64,000 nucleotides of DNA. Source: Dendrobates tinctorius. Its lineage: Eukaryota. Where the stretch lies: the NCBI RefSeq assembly GCF_039654945.1, contig NW_027361863.1, positions 17,422,001-17,486,000 on the forward strand, in the 5' to 3' direction. The position numbers and the translations under genes are program-made. This document shows positions 23,060 to 46,379 of the stretch, one piece after another. Every line of letters begins with the position of its first letter. Within the stretch, counting starts at the first letter, position 1. The notes under the pieces are model-generated. The model made no database searches, had not been told where the DNA came from, and saw only the letters and a list, made by a program, of their open reading frames with translations.

Positions 23060-23555
23060 TCTTCCCCCTCCTCTGTATGTGTTATGTGTCCCTCCTTGGT
23101 GAGGATTATGGGATAGAGAATTTTTTGGTTCACATCTTCCAGGCTTGGGGCGGCTTTATTCCTGGGTTATTGCTACAAGACGTTCCTGTCCTTGGATCCT
23201 CTGGTCCCATCACTGCACTTCCCCAATATGTCAGCAGAGATCGATTCTGGCGCAGGAGACGGCCGAGCTATGTCTGCTTCTGCACTAGGGACTGAATTGG
23301 GCAAGGCTGCAGGGGCGGAGATCTGATGCTGGGACCTGTGTGCTCTGTCTCAGAGTACAGGGGTTTCTCTCGCAGTAGTACGCTGGTTATGTTTCCCAAA
23401 ACTGTGTGAGTAAAGGTTTTTTTTTTTTCTCCCCATACTTCAGTTTCTGTGGTCTTTGTGTTATGTCTGGGACCTAAAAATGTAGAACTAACACTTCAAT
23501 GTTAGGGCGCAGTAAGTACCAAGCGCCGGCATCCTAGAATGTTTCCTAAATGGTT

Positions 23556-23719
23556 GGCGAGGAGCCATGACGTCCGCGTGTGGAGGCGAGGAGCCATGAC
23601 GTCCGCGTGTGGAGGCGAGGAGCCATGACGTCCGCGTGTGGAGGCGAGGAGCCATGACGTCCGCGTGTGGAGGCGAGGAGCCATGACGTCCGCGTGTGGA
23701 GGCGAGGAGCCATGACGTC
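23556..23719. repeat. 29-bp perfect minisatellite downstream of the USP5 stop
   Basis: GGCGAGGAGCCATGACGTCCGCGTGTGGA x ~5.6. Confidence 0.92.
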
Positions 23720-24272
23720 TGTTGATGAATGGAAACTTGAGGGCACTACTCAATAAACAAGGGCAAAGACCACACACAATGACATATAAATTGAGGAACA
23801 AGAAAAAGGAGTGTGCATTTGAGTCTTGATCAACCGAACAATATATTAGAAAAATATCAATTTTATTTATGTACACACACAAGACACACTTGAATTACAA
23901 ATTAAAAACAAGCCAAAAATAGGCCCCATGAATAAACCACCAAAGGCCCCTGTAAGGACCTCACCTCCTCCAAAGTGCTAGGCAAAAAAAAAAAAGATAG
24001 GCAATGGATATATACCTCTTTCTGGTTTGTAACATATACAAATAACAATCAAATTACACACCCACCTTTATCCAAAATAATATTAACTGACAACGTGGAA
24101 AGTCAGGCCAATAAAACATAGTAACATGCTAATAATGGTAAATAAACATCATAGAAATAAAGCCATAAAGATGGCCCTAACCAAAATACATATGAGAATC
24201 AAAAAGACAAAGCATGGGCACACTATATGTGCAAAGACAAAGGATAAGGAAGACCAAGGTATGACAAACCAG

Positions 24273-27200
24273 TATAATTATTATTTATTATTATAGTGCC
24301 ATTTATTCCATGGCGCTTTACATGTGAGGAGGGGTATACATAATACATACAAGTACAGTAATCTTAAACAATACAAGTCACGACTGGCACAGGATGAGAG
24401 AGGACCCTGCCCGCGAGGGCTCACAATCTACAAGGGATGGGTGAGGATACAGTAGGCGAGGGTAGAGCTGGTCGTGCAGCGGTTTGGTGGATCGGTGGTT
24501 ACTGCAAGTTGTAGGCTTGTCGGAAGAGGTAGGTCTTCAAGTTCTTTTTGAAGGTTTCCATGGTAGGCGAGAGTCTGATATGTTGTGGTAGAGAGTTCCA
24601 GAGTAAGGGGGATCCGCGGGAGAAATCTTGTATGCGATTGTGGGAAGAGGAGATAAGAGGGGAGTACAGAAGGAGATCTTGTGAGGATCGGAGGTTTCGT
24701 GCAGGTAAGTACCGGGAGACTAGGTCACAGATGTACGGAGGACTCAGGTTGTGGATGGCTTTGTATGTCATGGTTAGGGTTTTGAACTGGAGTCTTTGGG
24801 TAATGGGGAGCCAGTGCAGGGATTGACAGAGGGGAGAGGCCGGGAAATAGTGGGGGGACTGGTGGATTAGTCGGACAGCAGAGTTAAGAATAGATTGGAG
24901 GGGTACGAGAGTGTTAGAGGGGAGGCCACAGAGCAGGAGGTTGCAGTAGTCAAGGCGGGAGATGATGAGGGCATGGACTAGGGTTTTTGCAGATTCTTGG
25001 GTGAGGAATGTACGGATCTGTGAAATATTTTCGAGTTGAAGTCGGCAGGAAGCGGAAAGGGCTTGGATATGTGGTTTGAAGGAGAGATCAGTGTCAAGGA
25101 TAACCCCGAGGCAGCGAGCTTGTGGGACTGGAGAGAGTGGGCAGCCGTTTAATGGATAGGTCTGTTGGGGGGGGGTCACGTGAGATGGGCGAAATATGAT
25201 TAATTCTGTTTTGTCCATCCATATTAAGTTTTAGAAATCTAGCGGAGAAGGATGAAAGAGCAGACAGACATTGAGGGATTCTGTTTAGTAGGGAGGTGAT
25301 ATCTGGTCCAGAGATGTAGATCTGTGTGTCATCAGCATAGAGATGATACTGAAAGCCATGAGATTCTATGAGCAGTCCGAGGCCGAAGGTGTAAACGGAG
25401 AAGAGCAGGGGTCCAAGGACTGAACCTTGCGGGACTCCGACAGATAGGGAGCGCGGTGAGGAGGTGGTGTGTGAGTGGGAGACACTGACTGTCCGGTCTG
25501 TTAGGTATGATGAGATCCAGGATAGGGCCAAGTCTGTGATGCCAAGAGATGAGAGGGTCTGTAGTAATAGGGAATGGTCCACTGTGTCAAAGGCAGAGGA
25601 CAGGTCCAGGAGGTGGAGGACAGAGTAGTGTCGCTTGGCCTTGGCGGCTAGTAGGTCATTGGTGACCTTAGGGCAGTTTCAGTAGAGTGGTGTGGCCGGA
25701 AGCCGGATTGCAAGTGGTCAAGGAGGGAGCAAAAAGAGAGGTGGGAGGATAGTTCAAGATGGACGTGTTGTTCCAGTAGTTTTGAGGCATAGGGGAGAAG
25801 TGATATAGGGCGATAGCTAAATACAGAGGATGGGTCAAGAGAGGGCTTTTTGAGGATAGATGGATTGAGGCATTTTTAAAGCTTGAGGGGAAAACACCAG
25901 TTGTTAGTGATAGGTTGAAGAGATGGGTTAGGGTTGGGATGAAGACTGTGGTGAGTTTTGTGATGAAGTGGGATGGGATCGGGTCAAGTGCACAGGTAGT
26001 GAGATGTGATCTTGAGAGTAGAGTGGAGAGTCGATCTTCTGTAATGGTGGAGAAGTTGGTTTTGGGGGAGGAGGGCAGGGCAGGTTGGAATAGAATCATA
26101 GAATCGTAGAGTTGGGAGGGACCTCCTGGGCCATCTGGTCCAACCCCCTGCTTAAAGCAGGATTCGCTAAATCATCCCAGTCAGATGTCTGTCCAGCCTC
26201 TGATTGAAGACTTCCATTGAAGGAGAACTCACCACTTCTCGTGGCAGCGTGTTCCACTCATTGATCACTCTGTCAAAAAGTTTTTTCTAATATCTAATCT
26301 GTCTCCTCCCATTCTGTTTCATCCCATTGCTTCTAGTCTTTCCTTGTGCAAATGAGAATAAAGTTGATCCTTCTACAATGTGACAGCCCTTTAGATATTT
26401 GTAGACAGCTATTAAGTCTCCTCTCAGTCTTCTCTTTTGCAAACTAAACATTCCCAAATCCTGCAACCTTTCCTCATAAGACAGGGTTTGCAGACCGGTC
26501 ACCATTCTGGTCGCTCTTTTCTGAACTTGCTCCAGTTTGTTGATGTCTTTTTTAAAATGTGGTGCCCAAAACTGGACACAATATTCCAGATGAGGTCTGA
26601 CCAAAGAGGAGTAGAGGGAAATAATGACTGCACGTGATCTAGACTGTATGCTTCTGTTAATACATCCTAGAATTGCATTTGCCTTTTTTGCTGCTGCATC
26701 ACACTGTTGACTCATATTCAGTCTGTGATCTATTAGGAGGAAGGGCACTGGGGGCTGTTGACCAAAACTGTCTCTGATGTTATCAATCTTCTTGAAAAAT
26801 GAGGCAAAGTCTTCAGCTGAGCTGACATGAGTGGAGAGGGAGGAAGTGCTGGGGGGCGGAGGAGAGAATTGAAGGTGTTGAATAACTGTTTAGGGTTGCG
26901 AGACAGGGAGGATATGAGAGATGAGAAGTAGGTTTGTTTTGCTGCAGCGAGTGTGGCCTTGAAAGTAGTGAGGGACTGTTTGAATGTGATGAAGTCCTCA
27001 TTGGAGTGGGATTTTTTCCATCTCCGCTCAGCAGCCCTGGAAGCCCGCCTCATTTCTTTGGTCAGACTGGTGTGCCAGGGCTGTCTGTTGATTTTGCGAG
27101 TTTTGGTATGTTTGAGAGGGGCAGCAGATTCCAAAGCTACAGCTATTGTGGTGTTATATAGAGCGGCAGCGGCATCCGCATTGTGTAGGGAACTTATGTC

Positions 27201-27860
27201 TGTAAGAGGGAGGAGGGATTCAGACAGTGAGTGGAGATCGAGGTGTTGAAGATTTCTGCGAGGGTGTGCAAGTTTTTGAGATGGGGATTGTAGACCTGAG
27301 GAGGAGAGGGAAGAGAATGTAAGTAGGTTGTGGTCAGAGAGAGGAAGAGGTGAGTTAGAGAGGCTAGATAGGGAGCAGAGGCGGGTGAAGATGAGGTCCA
27401 GTGTGTGGCCATCTTTGTGAGTGGCTGCAGAAGATCATTGAGTGAGGCCGAAGGAGGAAGTGAGAGATAGAAGTTTAGTGGCAGCTGAGAGGGAAGGGTC
27501 AATGGGGATGTTGAAGTCGCCCATGATGATAGCGGGGATATCAGTGGAAAGGAAATGGAGTAGCCAGGTGGTGAAGTGGTCAAAGAAGGTGGTGGCTGAC
27601 CCTGGAGGGCGGTATATGACAGCTAGTTGGAGGGGGAGTAGATGCGCACAGAGTGCACCACGAAGGAAGGGAGGGTAACAGAGGGTGGCAGTGGGATTGG
27701 GGTGAAGGAGCAGTTATCTGACAGGAGAAAACCAACTCCTCCACCATGCTTGCAGCTGGGGCGGGGGGTGTGGGAAAGGTGGAAGTCACCATATGAGAGT
27801 GCAGCAGGAGAGGCTGTGTCAGAGGAGGTGAGCCAGGTTTCAGTGATGGTGAGGAAGGAT
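24273..27860 (-). mobile_element. Degenerate L2-clade LINE (endonuclease + RT, multiple frameshifts)
   Basis: [40 protein letters not shown]; (AAT)n tail at ~24273-24295. Confidence 0.9.
26090..26734 (-). mobile_element. CR1 LINE 3' fragment nested in the L2
   Basis: MSQQCDAAAKKANAILGCI...LVRPHLEYCVQFWAP...RRLRGDLI; (ATTCTATG)-type tail at 26090-26105. Confidence 0.9.
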
Positions 27861-28289
27861 AATCAAGTGAGACTGCTCAAGGACTTATGAGAAAGAGCAT
27901 ATTGCCAGCCAAATGTAATGAGAGGAGGAGGGGGGAGCATACCCTACGCGTATTGCCACCAGACAGCTCATCCCACTGAATACTCGCTCTCCTATCCCAT
28001 GAACATAATACTAAAACAACAACGGGTGAGGGTAAAATCGTGTGGCAATACTTTATTGAACCACCAATAGACAATAACATATAGAACAATCCCAGCAAAA
28101 TACCCAAGATAGTGCAAAATTAGAGTCTCACCCTTCATCTGAATCGCTGAGATTAGAGTATCTGCGTCTTTGGGGCTTCCAGGGCTGACTGCCCCCAATA
28201 GTGGCACACTGCATTTGGCAGGGACCTACAGAAAGGAGGTAACGACAAGCTTAGGAAACTGATGGTCCATTGAAGCACGTGACCGGAGG

Positions 28290-28530
28290 GTCGCAACCTT
28301 TCTTCCCCAAGTGTCCCCATGGAGCCAGGTGACCGGAGGCTCCTAACTTGGCATCTCCAAACATCCCTGGGGCCAAGTGACCAGAGGGTCCCAATCTGGC
28401 TTCCCCAAATGTCTCCATGGAGCCAGGTGAGCAGAGGCTCCCAACCTGGCGTCTCCAAATGTATCCATGGGCCCAGGTGACCAAAGGGTCCCAACCTGGC
28501 TTCCCCAAATGTCTCCATGGATTCAGTGAT
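28290..28530. repeat. Degenerate ~49-bp tandem repeat
   Basis: CCATGGAGCCAGGTGACC..AGG.TCCCAA.CTGGC..C.CCAAATGT recurs ~5x. Confidence 0.7.
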
Positions 28531-29704
28531 GGTCAATGAAGCAGATCTGTATCCCTCCAGGTGATACCGAGGTCCCTTAAGCTGGCATCCTGTAGAACGT
28601 TAAATCTGTGTTCCTCTTGATGGTGCCTTTGGTGTTGCTCTGTAGAGTCGCTCCCTTTTTTTTTTGCAGGATAGAAAACGCTTTTTATATCAACATCTGT
28701 GGTTCAAGTCATCATCCACAGGTCAGGGTGCTGGTGGGATGAGATTAACTCCCATCGTTTGAATATTTAATCAATCTGCATATTTTGTCCTCCACTGTTT
28801 TACAGGTCAACAAGCAACATAGACATATATAGTAGGTAAACAACATATTAGCAAACATCGATTGTTCAATGACCCTGCGTCCCTGCCCTCCAAAGATAGT
28901 AGCACAATAAACTGTAGGAGCAGATACAAGAGGTAAACAGCAGCCATTGAACAATTTCCAAACATCAATTTCAAGAGTCAACATTCAGACTCATGACAAC
29001 GGTCTATGTTTCTTGACCCACCGGAAAAAAAACATAAATTCATTAATCAACATTCAGACAATAGCCTATGTCTCCCGGCATTCTGAATGAAAATATACAT
29101 CTGGCATAATTAAGATTAAATGCGCGGTGTCGTGACAACGTCCACATCAGGAGGGGAGCAGAGACGTCCTAATCGAGTATTTTTAGCATGCTCCAAAAAA
29201 ATGCTCTAGCCGCCAAGGCTTCATGGCTCACGGCTACAACACATGCAGGGATTGCCTGTTGGTGCATAGTTACACATGGGAGCAGCAGGGGCCGCGTAGC
29301 CCCTTACACCCCCATAATAATGATGCCCTTCTTGCAGAGATCTCGTGCGCTAATTATGGGAAATCTAGTGTAGAAGCCGCATGCATAAAGTTATGCATTG
29401 CTGCACAGGGGCCCTATGAGTAAGGGGGCCCTCACCACTGGCATCAGACCTTGCCACACTAGATTTGCTGGGGAATGTACAGGACCTCTTTGATGGTGAC
29501 TGCTCTACTGAACAGGGGCCAATCCTTCCATACAGGGAGACCTATGGAAACACAGACTTTTTGGCTCCATGTGTATAATAATTAGCAATTGTCAGGTCTA
29601 AAAAGAACATTTTAAGTGCAGATTTTCCCTTCTAAATGGCAGATATAGAATTTGCCCACACTTAACATGGCGCCCACAGCCTGGAGACGCTCAGCAGCTG
29701 TCAA

Positions 29705-29775
29705 ACGGCGGTGGGCGTGGTCACCGGAACCTTTGCCCGGGGGAGTGGGCGTGTGCTCAGTGGTTATTTAAAGGC
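29705..29775 (+). promoter_or_regulatory. TPI1 proximal promoter
   Basis: Two GTGGGCGTG (Sp/KLF-type) boxes and TATTTAAA at 29765-29772, ~85 nt upstream of the ATG. Confidence 0.7.
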
Positions 29776-29787
29776 GCCGCGCAGTGA

Positions 29788-40217
<10,430 letters not shown>

Positions 40218-40327
40218 TCCTCCTGTCTGCCCACTGTTCCCATCTCCTTAACGTTAGCGGTGCTGTGTCTCTCATGTACATGTCCAGTAGTCCTTGGTGT
40301 GAGCCGCCTCCCCGGAGCTCGATCTGT

Positions 40328-40333
40328 AATAAA
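40328..40333 (+). terminator. TPI1 polyadenylation signal
   Basis: AATAAA 110 nt after the stop, followed by GT/T-rich sequence. Confidence 0.75.
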
Positions 40334-40568
40334 ATGGCAAAATTTCTGTCCGCCGTCTGTCTTGTTTTTCTCGCTGGATTAATCAGATTGTAAAGTTTTT
40401 CTAATAATGAGAAGGGAGATGGAGCATGGGGGTCTGCCAGCAGCGAATAATATTACACAAATGTATTTCAGTGCAGACTATATATTCTTACTCTTTACAC
40501 TCCTGGCTCTCGTTTCACCTAAACTTCTCAGCAAAAAAGATGCTTATGCTGATCGACATTGTGACCAC

Positions 40569-41560
40569 CACTGTCTCCCTGCCTCCTGTGTGTGTAGCAC
40601 TGGGGGTCTGTCACACTGTCTCCCTGCCTCCTGTGTGTGTAGCACTGGGGGTCTGTCACACTGTCTCCCTGCCTCCTGTGTGTGTAGCACTGGGGGTCTG
40701 TCACACTGTCTCCCTGCCTCCTCTGTGTGTAGCACTGGGGGTCTGTCACACTGTCTCCCTGCCTCCTCTGTGTGTAGCACTGGGGGTCTGTCACACTGTC
40801 TCCCTGCCTCCTGTGTGTGTAGCACTGGGGGTCTGTCACACTGTCTCCCTGCCTCCTGTGTGTGTAGCACTGGGGGTCTGTCACACTGTCTCCCTGCCTC
40901 CTGTGTGTGTAGCACTGGGGGTCTGTCACACTGTCTCCCTGCCTCCTCTGTGTGTAGCACTGGGGGTCTGTCACACTGTCTCCCTGCCTCCTGTGTGTGT
41001 AGCCCTGGGGGTCTGTCACACTGTCTCCCTGCCTCCTGTGTGTGTAGCCCTGGGGGTCTGTCACACTGTCTCCCTGCCTCCTGTGTGTGTAGCCCTGGGG
41101 GTCTGTCACACTGTCTCCCTGCCTCCTCTGTGTGTAGCCCTGGGGGTCTGTCACACTGTCTCCCTGCCTCCTCTGTGTGTAGCACTGGGGGTCTGTCACA
41201 CTGTCTCCCTGCCTCCTGTGTGTGTAGCACTGGGGGTCTGTCACACTGTCTCCCTGCCTCCTGTGTGTGTAGCACTGGGGGTCTGTCACACTGTCTCCCT
41301 GCCTCCTGTGTGTGTAGCACTGGGGGTCTCACACTGTCTCCCTGCCTCCTGTGTGTGTGTGTGTGTAGCACTGGGGGTCTGTCACACTGTCTCCCTGCCT
41401 CCTGTGTGTGTAGCACTGGGGGTCTGTCACACTGTCTCCCTGCCTCCTGTGTGTGTAGCCCTGGGGGTCTGTCACACTGTCTCCCTGCCTCCTCTGTGTG
41501 TGTAGCACTGGGGGTCTGTCACACTGTCTCCCTGCCTCCTGTGTGTAGTGTTGAGGGTCT
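40569..41560. repeat. 45-bp minisatellite
   Basis: CACTGTCTCCCTGCCTCCTGTGTGTGTAGCACTGGGGGTCTGTCA x ~21. Confidence 0.97.
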
Positions 41561-42069
41561 GTTGCACAGTCTCCCTGCCTCCTGTGTTGAGGGTCTGTTG
41601 CACTCTCTCAATGTGTAGCACGGGGGGTGTCGCATGCCCTTTTCCTTACATGCACAGCTTGGGGGAATGTCACACTCTTCCTGCACTTCTGTGTGTGGGG
41701 GTCTGTCACACTCTCCCTGTCCTTCCATGTGTAATGTGCTGGGTCCTGTTGCGTTCTCTCTCGCTGCCTTTCAACGTGTGGCACATGTCGTCCTGCTTCT
41801 TCCACCTGTAGCATGGGGTCCTTTCCCTGAGCCTCTGTGTGTAGTGCTCGGCTCTGTCACACTCTCTCCCTGCCCCCCAGTTTGTAGCACTGGGTTCTGT
41901 CACTCACCCTGCCCCTCCATGTATAGCACTGGGTCTGTTGCATGCGCTTGTTTTCCTTCCATATGTAGTGTTTGGGGTCTGTCACATACTCTTCTGCTTT
42001 TCTATGCGGGGAGGTCTGTGGCGCTCTTCTGATCCCTCCATGTGTAACGTGCAGGGTCCTGTCACTCTC

Positions 42070-43010
42070 CCACCTGTAGCGCAGGGTCCTCTCCTTTCCT
42101 CTCTGCTCTTTTCCTCCTGTAGCGTGGGGTCCTCTCCTTTTCTCTCTGCTCTCTTCCTCCTGTAGCTCGGGGTCCTCTCCTTTTCTCCCTGCGCTCTTCC
42201 ACCTGTAGCGTGGGGTCCTCTCCTTTTCTCCCTGCGCTCTTCCACCTGTAGCGTGGGGTCCTCTCCTTTTCTCCCTGCGCTCTTCCACCTGTAGCGTGGG
42301 GTCCTCTTCTTTTCTCCCTGCTCTTTTCCACCTGTAGCTCGGGGTCCTCTCCTTTTCTCCCTGCTCTCTTCCTCCTGTAGCTCGGGGTCCTCTCCTTTTC
42401 TCCCTGCTCTCTTCCTCCTGTAGCTCGGGGTCCTCTCCTTTTCTCCCTGCTCTCTTCCTCCTGTAGCTCGGGGTCCTCTCCTTTTTCTCCCTGCTCTCTT
42501 CCTCCTGTAGCTCGGGGTCCTCTCCTTTTTCTCCCTGCTCTCTTCCTCCTGTAGCTCGGGGTCCTCTCCTTTTTCTCCCTGCTCTCTTCCTCCTGTAGCT
42601 CGGGGTCCTCTCCTTTTTCTCCCTGCTCTCTTCCTCCTGTAGCTCGGGGTCCTCTCCTTTTTCTCCCTGCTCTCTTCCTCCTGTAGCTCGGGGTCCTCTC
42701 CTTTTTCTCCCTGCTCTCTTCCTCCTGTAGCTCGGGGTCCTCTCCTTTTTCTCCCTGCTCTCTTCCTCCTGTAGCTCGGGGTCCTCTCCTTTTTCTCCCT
42801 GCTCTCTTCCTCCTGTAGCTCGGGGTCCTCTCCTTTTTCTCCCTGCTCTCTTCCTCCTGTAGCTCGGGGTCCTCTCCTTTTTCTCCCTGCTCTCTTCCTC
42901 CTGTAGCTCGGGGTCCTCTCCTTTTTCTCCCTGCTCTCTTCCTCCTGTAGCTCGGGGTCCTCTCCTTTTTCTCCCTGCTCTCTTCCTCCTGTAGCTCGGG
43001 GTCCTCTCCC
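42070..43010. repeat. 43-44-bp pyrimidine-rich minisatellite
   Basis: CCTGTAGCTCGGGGTCCTCTCCTTTTTCTCCCTGCTCTCTTCCT x ~21. Confidence 0.97.
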
Positions 43011-44498
43011 TGCCCCTCTGTGCGTAGTGTGGGGTTCTGTTGCACGCTCTCCCTGCCCATCAAAGCAGTCACTAGATTTCCTTCATAAACTGGGTCCTGA
43101 CTTTCTCACCGTGTGAGAGGCTGGCACTGAGGCGACTATATAAGACTAGTTAATTTCCCGTCTGTTCCTCGGGGTTTTGCCCTCCCCTGCATCGGTGCTG
43201 TAGGATTTTGGGTACGTCGCTCTTTGCATGACAGGATCAGATTTCCTTGATATCTATAACTGCAGGATCCAACTCCATGTTGGCCAGAGATGTAGTAATG
43301 CTCAATAAAATGTGAATTCTTGCTAAACAGCGTGTCATACTGAGGCACAACCGCGGTGTCTGAATGTGCCCCAAAGCTGCTGCCCACAAGCTGAAGGTTG
43401 GGAGGAGGCTGCAGTCTGGACACCATATGGGGTTAAAAACAGGATAGAGACGAGTCCAACCAGAGAGCGAATCCTCAGCCCTGGTTGCACTTATTGATTT
43501 TTTTTTTTTTTTCCTATATATACTGCAGTGCCCGCATTGTGCCATCTTATACCTCAGCAGGTTAATTTGTTTTCCTGCCTTTCTCTGCCACCATTTCTTC
43601 CCGTTTGTGACAAGAATCAGAAATTCGAAAGTGGAGACTGCAGGGCCGGAGCGCTGGTCCTTTGGGAGAGACTGGTTGCTATGGATACGACTTAACATGT
43701 ACATATAGGCCTTACGTGTGTGGCTGCCGGGCAGCTTGTCCATGGCAACCTGCCTGCCTCAGATGGCTCCTGTCTGCGGCGGCCTTCAGACCGTTGCTAT
43801 GGAAGCCCCTGACATGTGGAGAAGATGGCTTGTCATCCCAGTATGCCTGCCGGTCACTGGTGACGCCGCACTGGTTTCTGTGGTGCAGTTTTCGAGGCCA
43901 CTTTTATTTTCTGGATGAAGTATCGCTAAACCCGGCCATAAGGGTATAACGGATGACTGAGCCCTTCCAGATTGTCTCTTAACCGCTTCAAGACCAAGCC
44001 ATATATATATATATATTTTTTATTTTTTTTTTTTACAAGTTTTTAACTTTTTTCTTTGACACGGCCGTATGAGGGCTTTTTTTTTTTTTTTTGTAGTTTT
44101 TAATGCCAGCGTTCATTTTACCATTTAATGTCCAAAAAAGCGGGAACAAAAATCCAAGTTATGTGAAATAGAGGAAAAAAACCAAAACATTTCATCGTGC
44201 GGTAAAAATAACCTGACAAAACGATTGTCCCAGTCAGCACCAATATGGCGATAACCGACTTGTATAAGTTGTTTAATATTTTGGTGATTAAAAATTTCAG
44301 AGCTTTGTAAAATAAGGAAAAAAAACTGGTTTGTGAGACCCAGAGGGTTTAATATTTTATTTTTTTTCTCCAGTCTGTGAGGGCTTGGGTTTCTCGTGTT
44401 TTGCATATCGAGCTGTAGTTTTAATTGGGCGTAAAAAAAAAAAAAAATATGGCAATTCTGACTTTTTTTTTTTTTTCTCCAGCTTTTTAAGACACAGG

Positions 44499-45036
44499 TT
44501 AAAGAGAACCAGTCAGCAGGAATTAGCCCCATAAGCTAAAGCCACGGCCATAATGGCGCTGAGGAATCTGATACCTGATGTGAAGGGATCCGCTCAGAGT
44601 CTGAAGAATACTCACCTTGTGAAGTTTTCATAAAATGGCATCTTGTGTTCTTCAGGGTGGGATGTGGGGATAGGGTCTTCTTCTGGTTCTCCACCCCAGG
44701 CCCCTACCAGCAATCCTTAATAAATCTCCGCTCTGCTACCGTCATTGTGTGGGCAGCGCATGCGCAGTGGCAGTCGGCTTCCTGTGTGCAGGACTGCAAT
44801 AAAATGGCACTGGAGGTGGCGCATGCGCAGATCGAGAGTTTGGCTTGGTGAAAAATTTACTCAGCTGAAATCTCAATCTGCGCAAATTTTAAAAATGAGG
44901 CGAGTCAGTCACATGTACAAGAAGTGGGGGAAGCGGGGTCAAGAACCAGAAGACCCTGCCCCCCACATACCGTCCCCTCGAAGCACACAAGACGTCATTT
45001 TGTGAAAAGTTCACAAGGTGAGTGAATCCCTTCAGT
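44499..45036. mobile_element. Partial palindromic TTAA MITE
   Basis: Starts TTAA|AGAGAACCAGTCAGCAGG; inverted arms CTCACCTTGTGAAGTTTTCATAAAATGGCATCTTGTG / CACAAGACGTCATTTTGTGAAAAGTTCACAAGGTGAG. Confidence 0.65.
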
Positions 45037-45242
45037 AAAGAAAAATTGCCCTTGAAAGTGTCCACAGCCTTAAAACACATAATGCCCACTTGAAATCGCA
45101 CGTGGTTTTGAACCGGAAAACACATGAAACAATTTGTAAAAAAAATGCAAGTTTTACATTCTGCTCACGTCTGATCTTTATACCCTAGCAGTGACACTTA
45201 ATATGTCCTTGATAATCTGCATAAAATCACCTGGGTAACAGA

Positions 45243-45359
45243 TAATAATAATAATCTTTATTTTTATATAGCGCTAACATATTCCGCAGCGCTTTACAGT
45301 TTACACACATTTTCATCACTGTCCCCAATGGGGCTCACAATCTAGATTCCCCATTGTGT

Positions 45360-45390
<31 letters not shown>

Positions 45391-45491
45391 ACGCAAACAC
45401 GGGGAGAACATACAAACTCCTTGCAGATGTTGTCCTTGGTGGGATTCGAACCCAAGGCTGCAGCGCTAACCACTGAGCCACCGTGCTGCCC
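45243..45491 (-). mobile_element. V-type SINE with internal deletions
   Basis: Same family as 50933; ACAGATAAT repeated at both flanks. Confidence 0.85.
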
Positions 45492-46379
45492 ATACAGATA
45501 ATTTTAGGCTTCTTGTGAGATCTTTTCCCGTGCCAGCCCATGGGCAAGGTCATAATAAGATTCTGGAGAAAGAAAAATCAAGGTGACAAACTTGTGTGAA
45601 CTGTCTGGGAAATACATGATATTCCGATAATATGCAACGTATGGAGAAGAGTATTGGGCCGCACGTCTTAATCACTCACGTACAATTTTTCCTTCAGCCC
45701 CTCACTCCCGCTGTGTAACGTGGGCCCCCCTGGTGAATAAGCTCCGACCCCCCCCCGCCATGCTGTCTGCCATTACCAATGTGGTAGAGCGGCCGGTGGT
45801 GCAGAGCTCCTGATACCAGCACGGTCCTGTAATAGGAGCCACTGGGGTAACAAGTCTGTCCATGACATTTCCTCCTCCTGAATCTTTCCTCATCACCTGT
45901 GAGTGATATTACAACTCAGCCACGAAGTGGAGACCCCGTAATGTTACAGAGTGGTGGGCCGAGTGCGGAGGAGCAGAAGGCAGAAAAGTCACCACCGCTC
46001 TACTGACTCCATAAATGCAGAGTACAGACCTCTTCTGATATACGAGAACATCATATTCTCATAACAGCACAAACACTGCGCCCCCCGCTGGGCGCTTCAT
46101 GGCCGAGCAGCAGCAGGCAGCCGTACATCACCAAGCACAATGCCAAGGGTTGGATGGAGTTGTGTAAAGCCGCCACCCCTGGACTCTGGAGGAGACGCGT
46201 TATGGATCACACTTCTATATCTGCGTCTGATGGAGGAGTCTGAGTTTGGTCCATCTAATATATTATGGGGACGTCAGATTTGGCACTTGATGACAACTTC
46301 CAATATTGGCATTGGACTACACATCTATTATACTCTCCATTATATTATATTGGGTGCAGATAGGTAAGGGCTTTCATTC

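Noticed and set aside
40407-43072. Cys-rich (keratin-associated-like) and charged repetitive ORFs
   Set aside because: Derived from the 45-bp and 44-bp arrays; open on both strands or in several frames, with no unique domain
43136-43949. Possible SPSB2 remnant
   Set aside because: Translations examined show no SPRY or SOCS-box motifs
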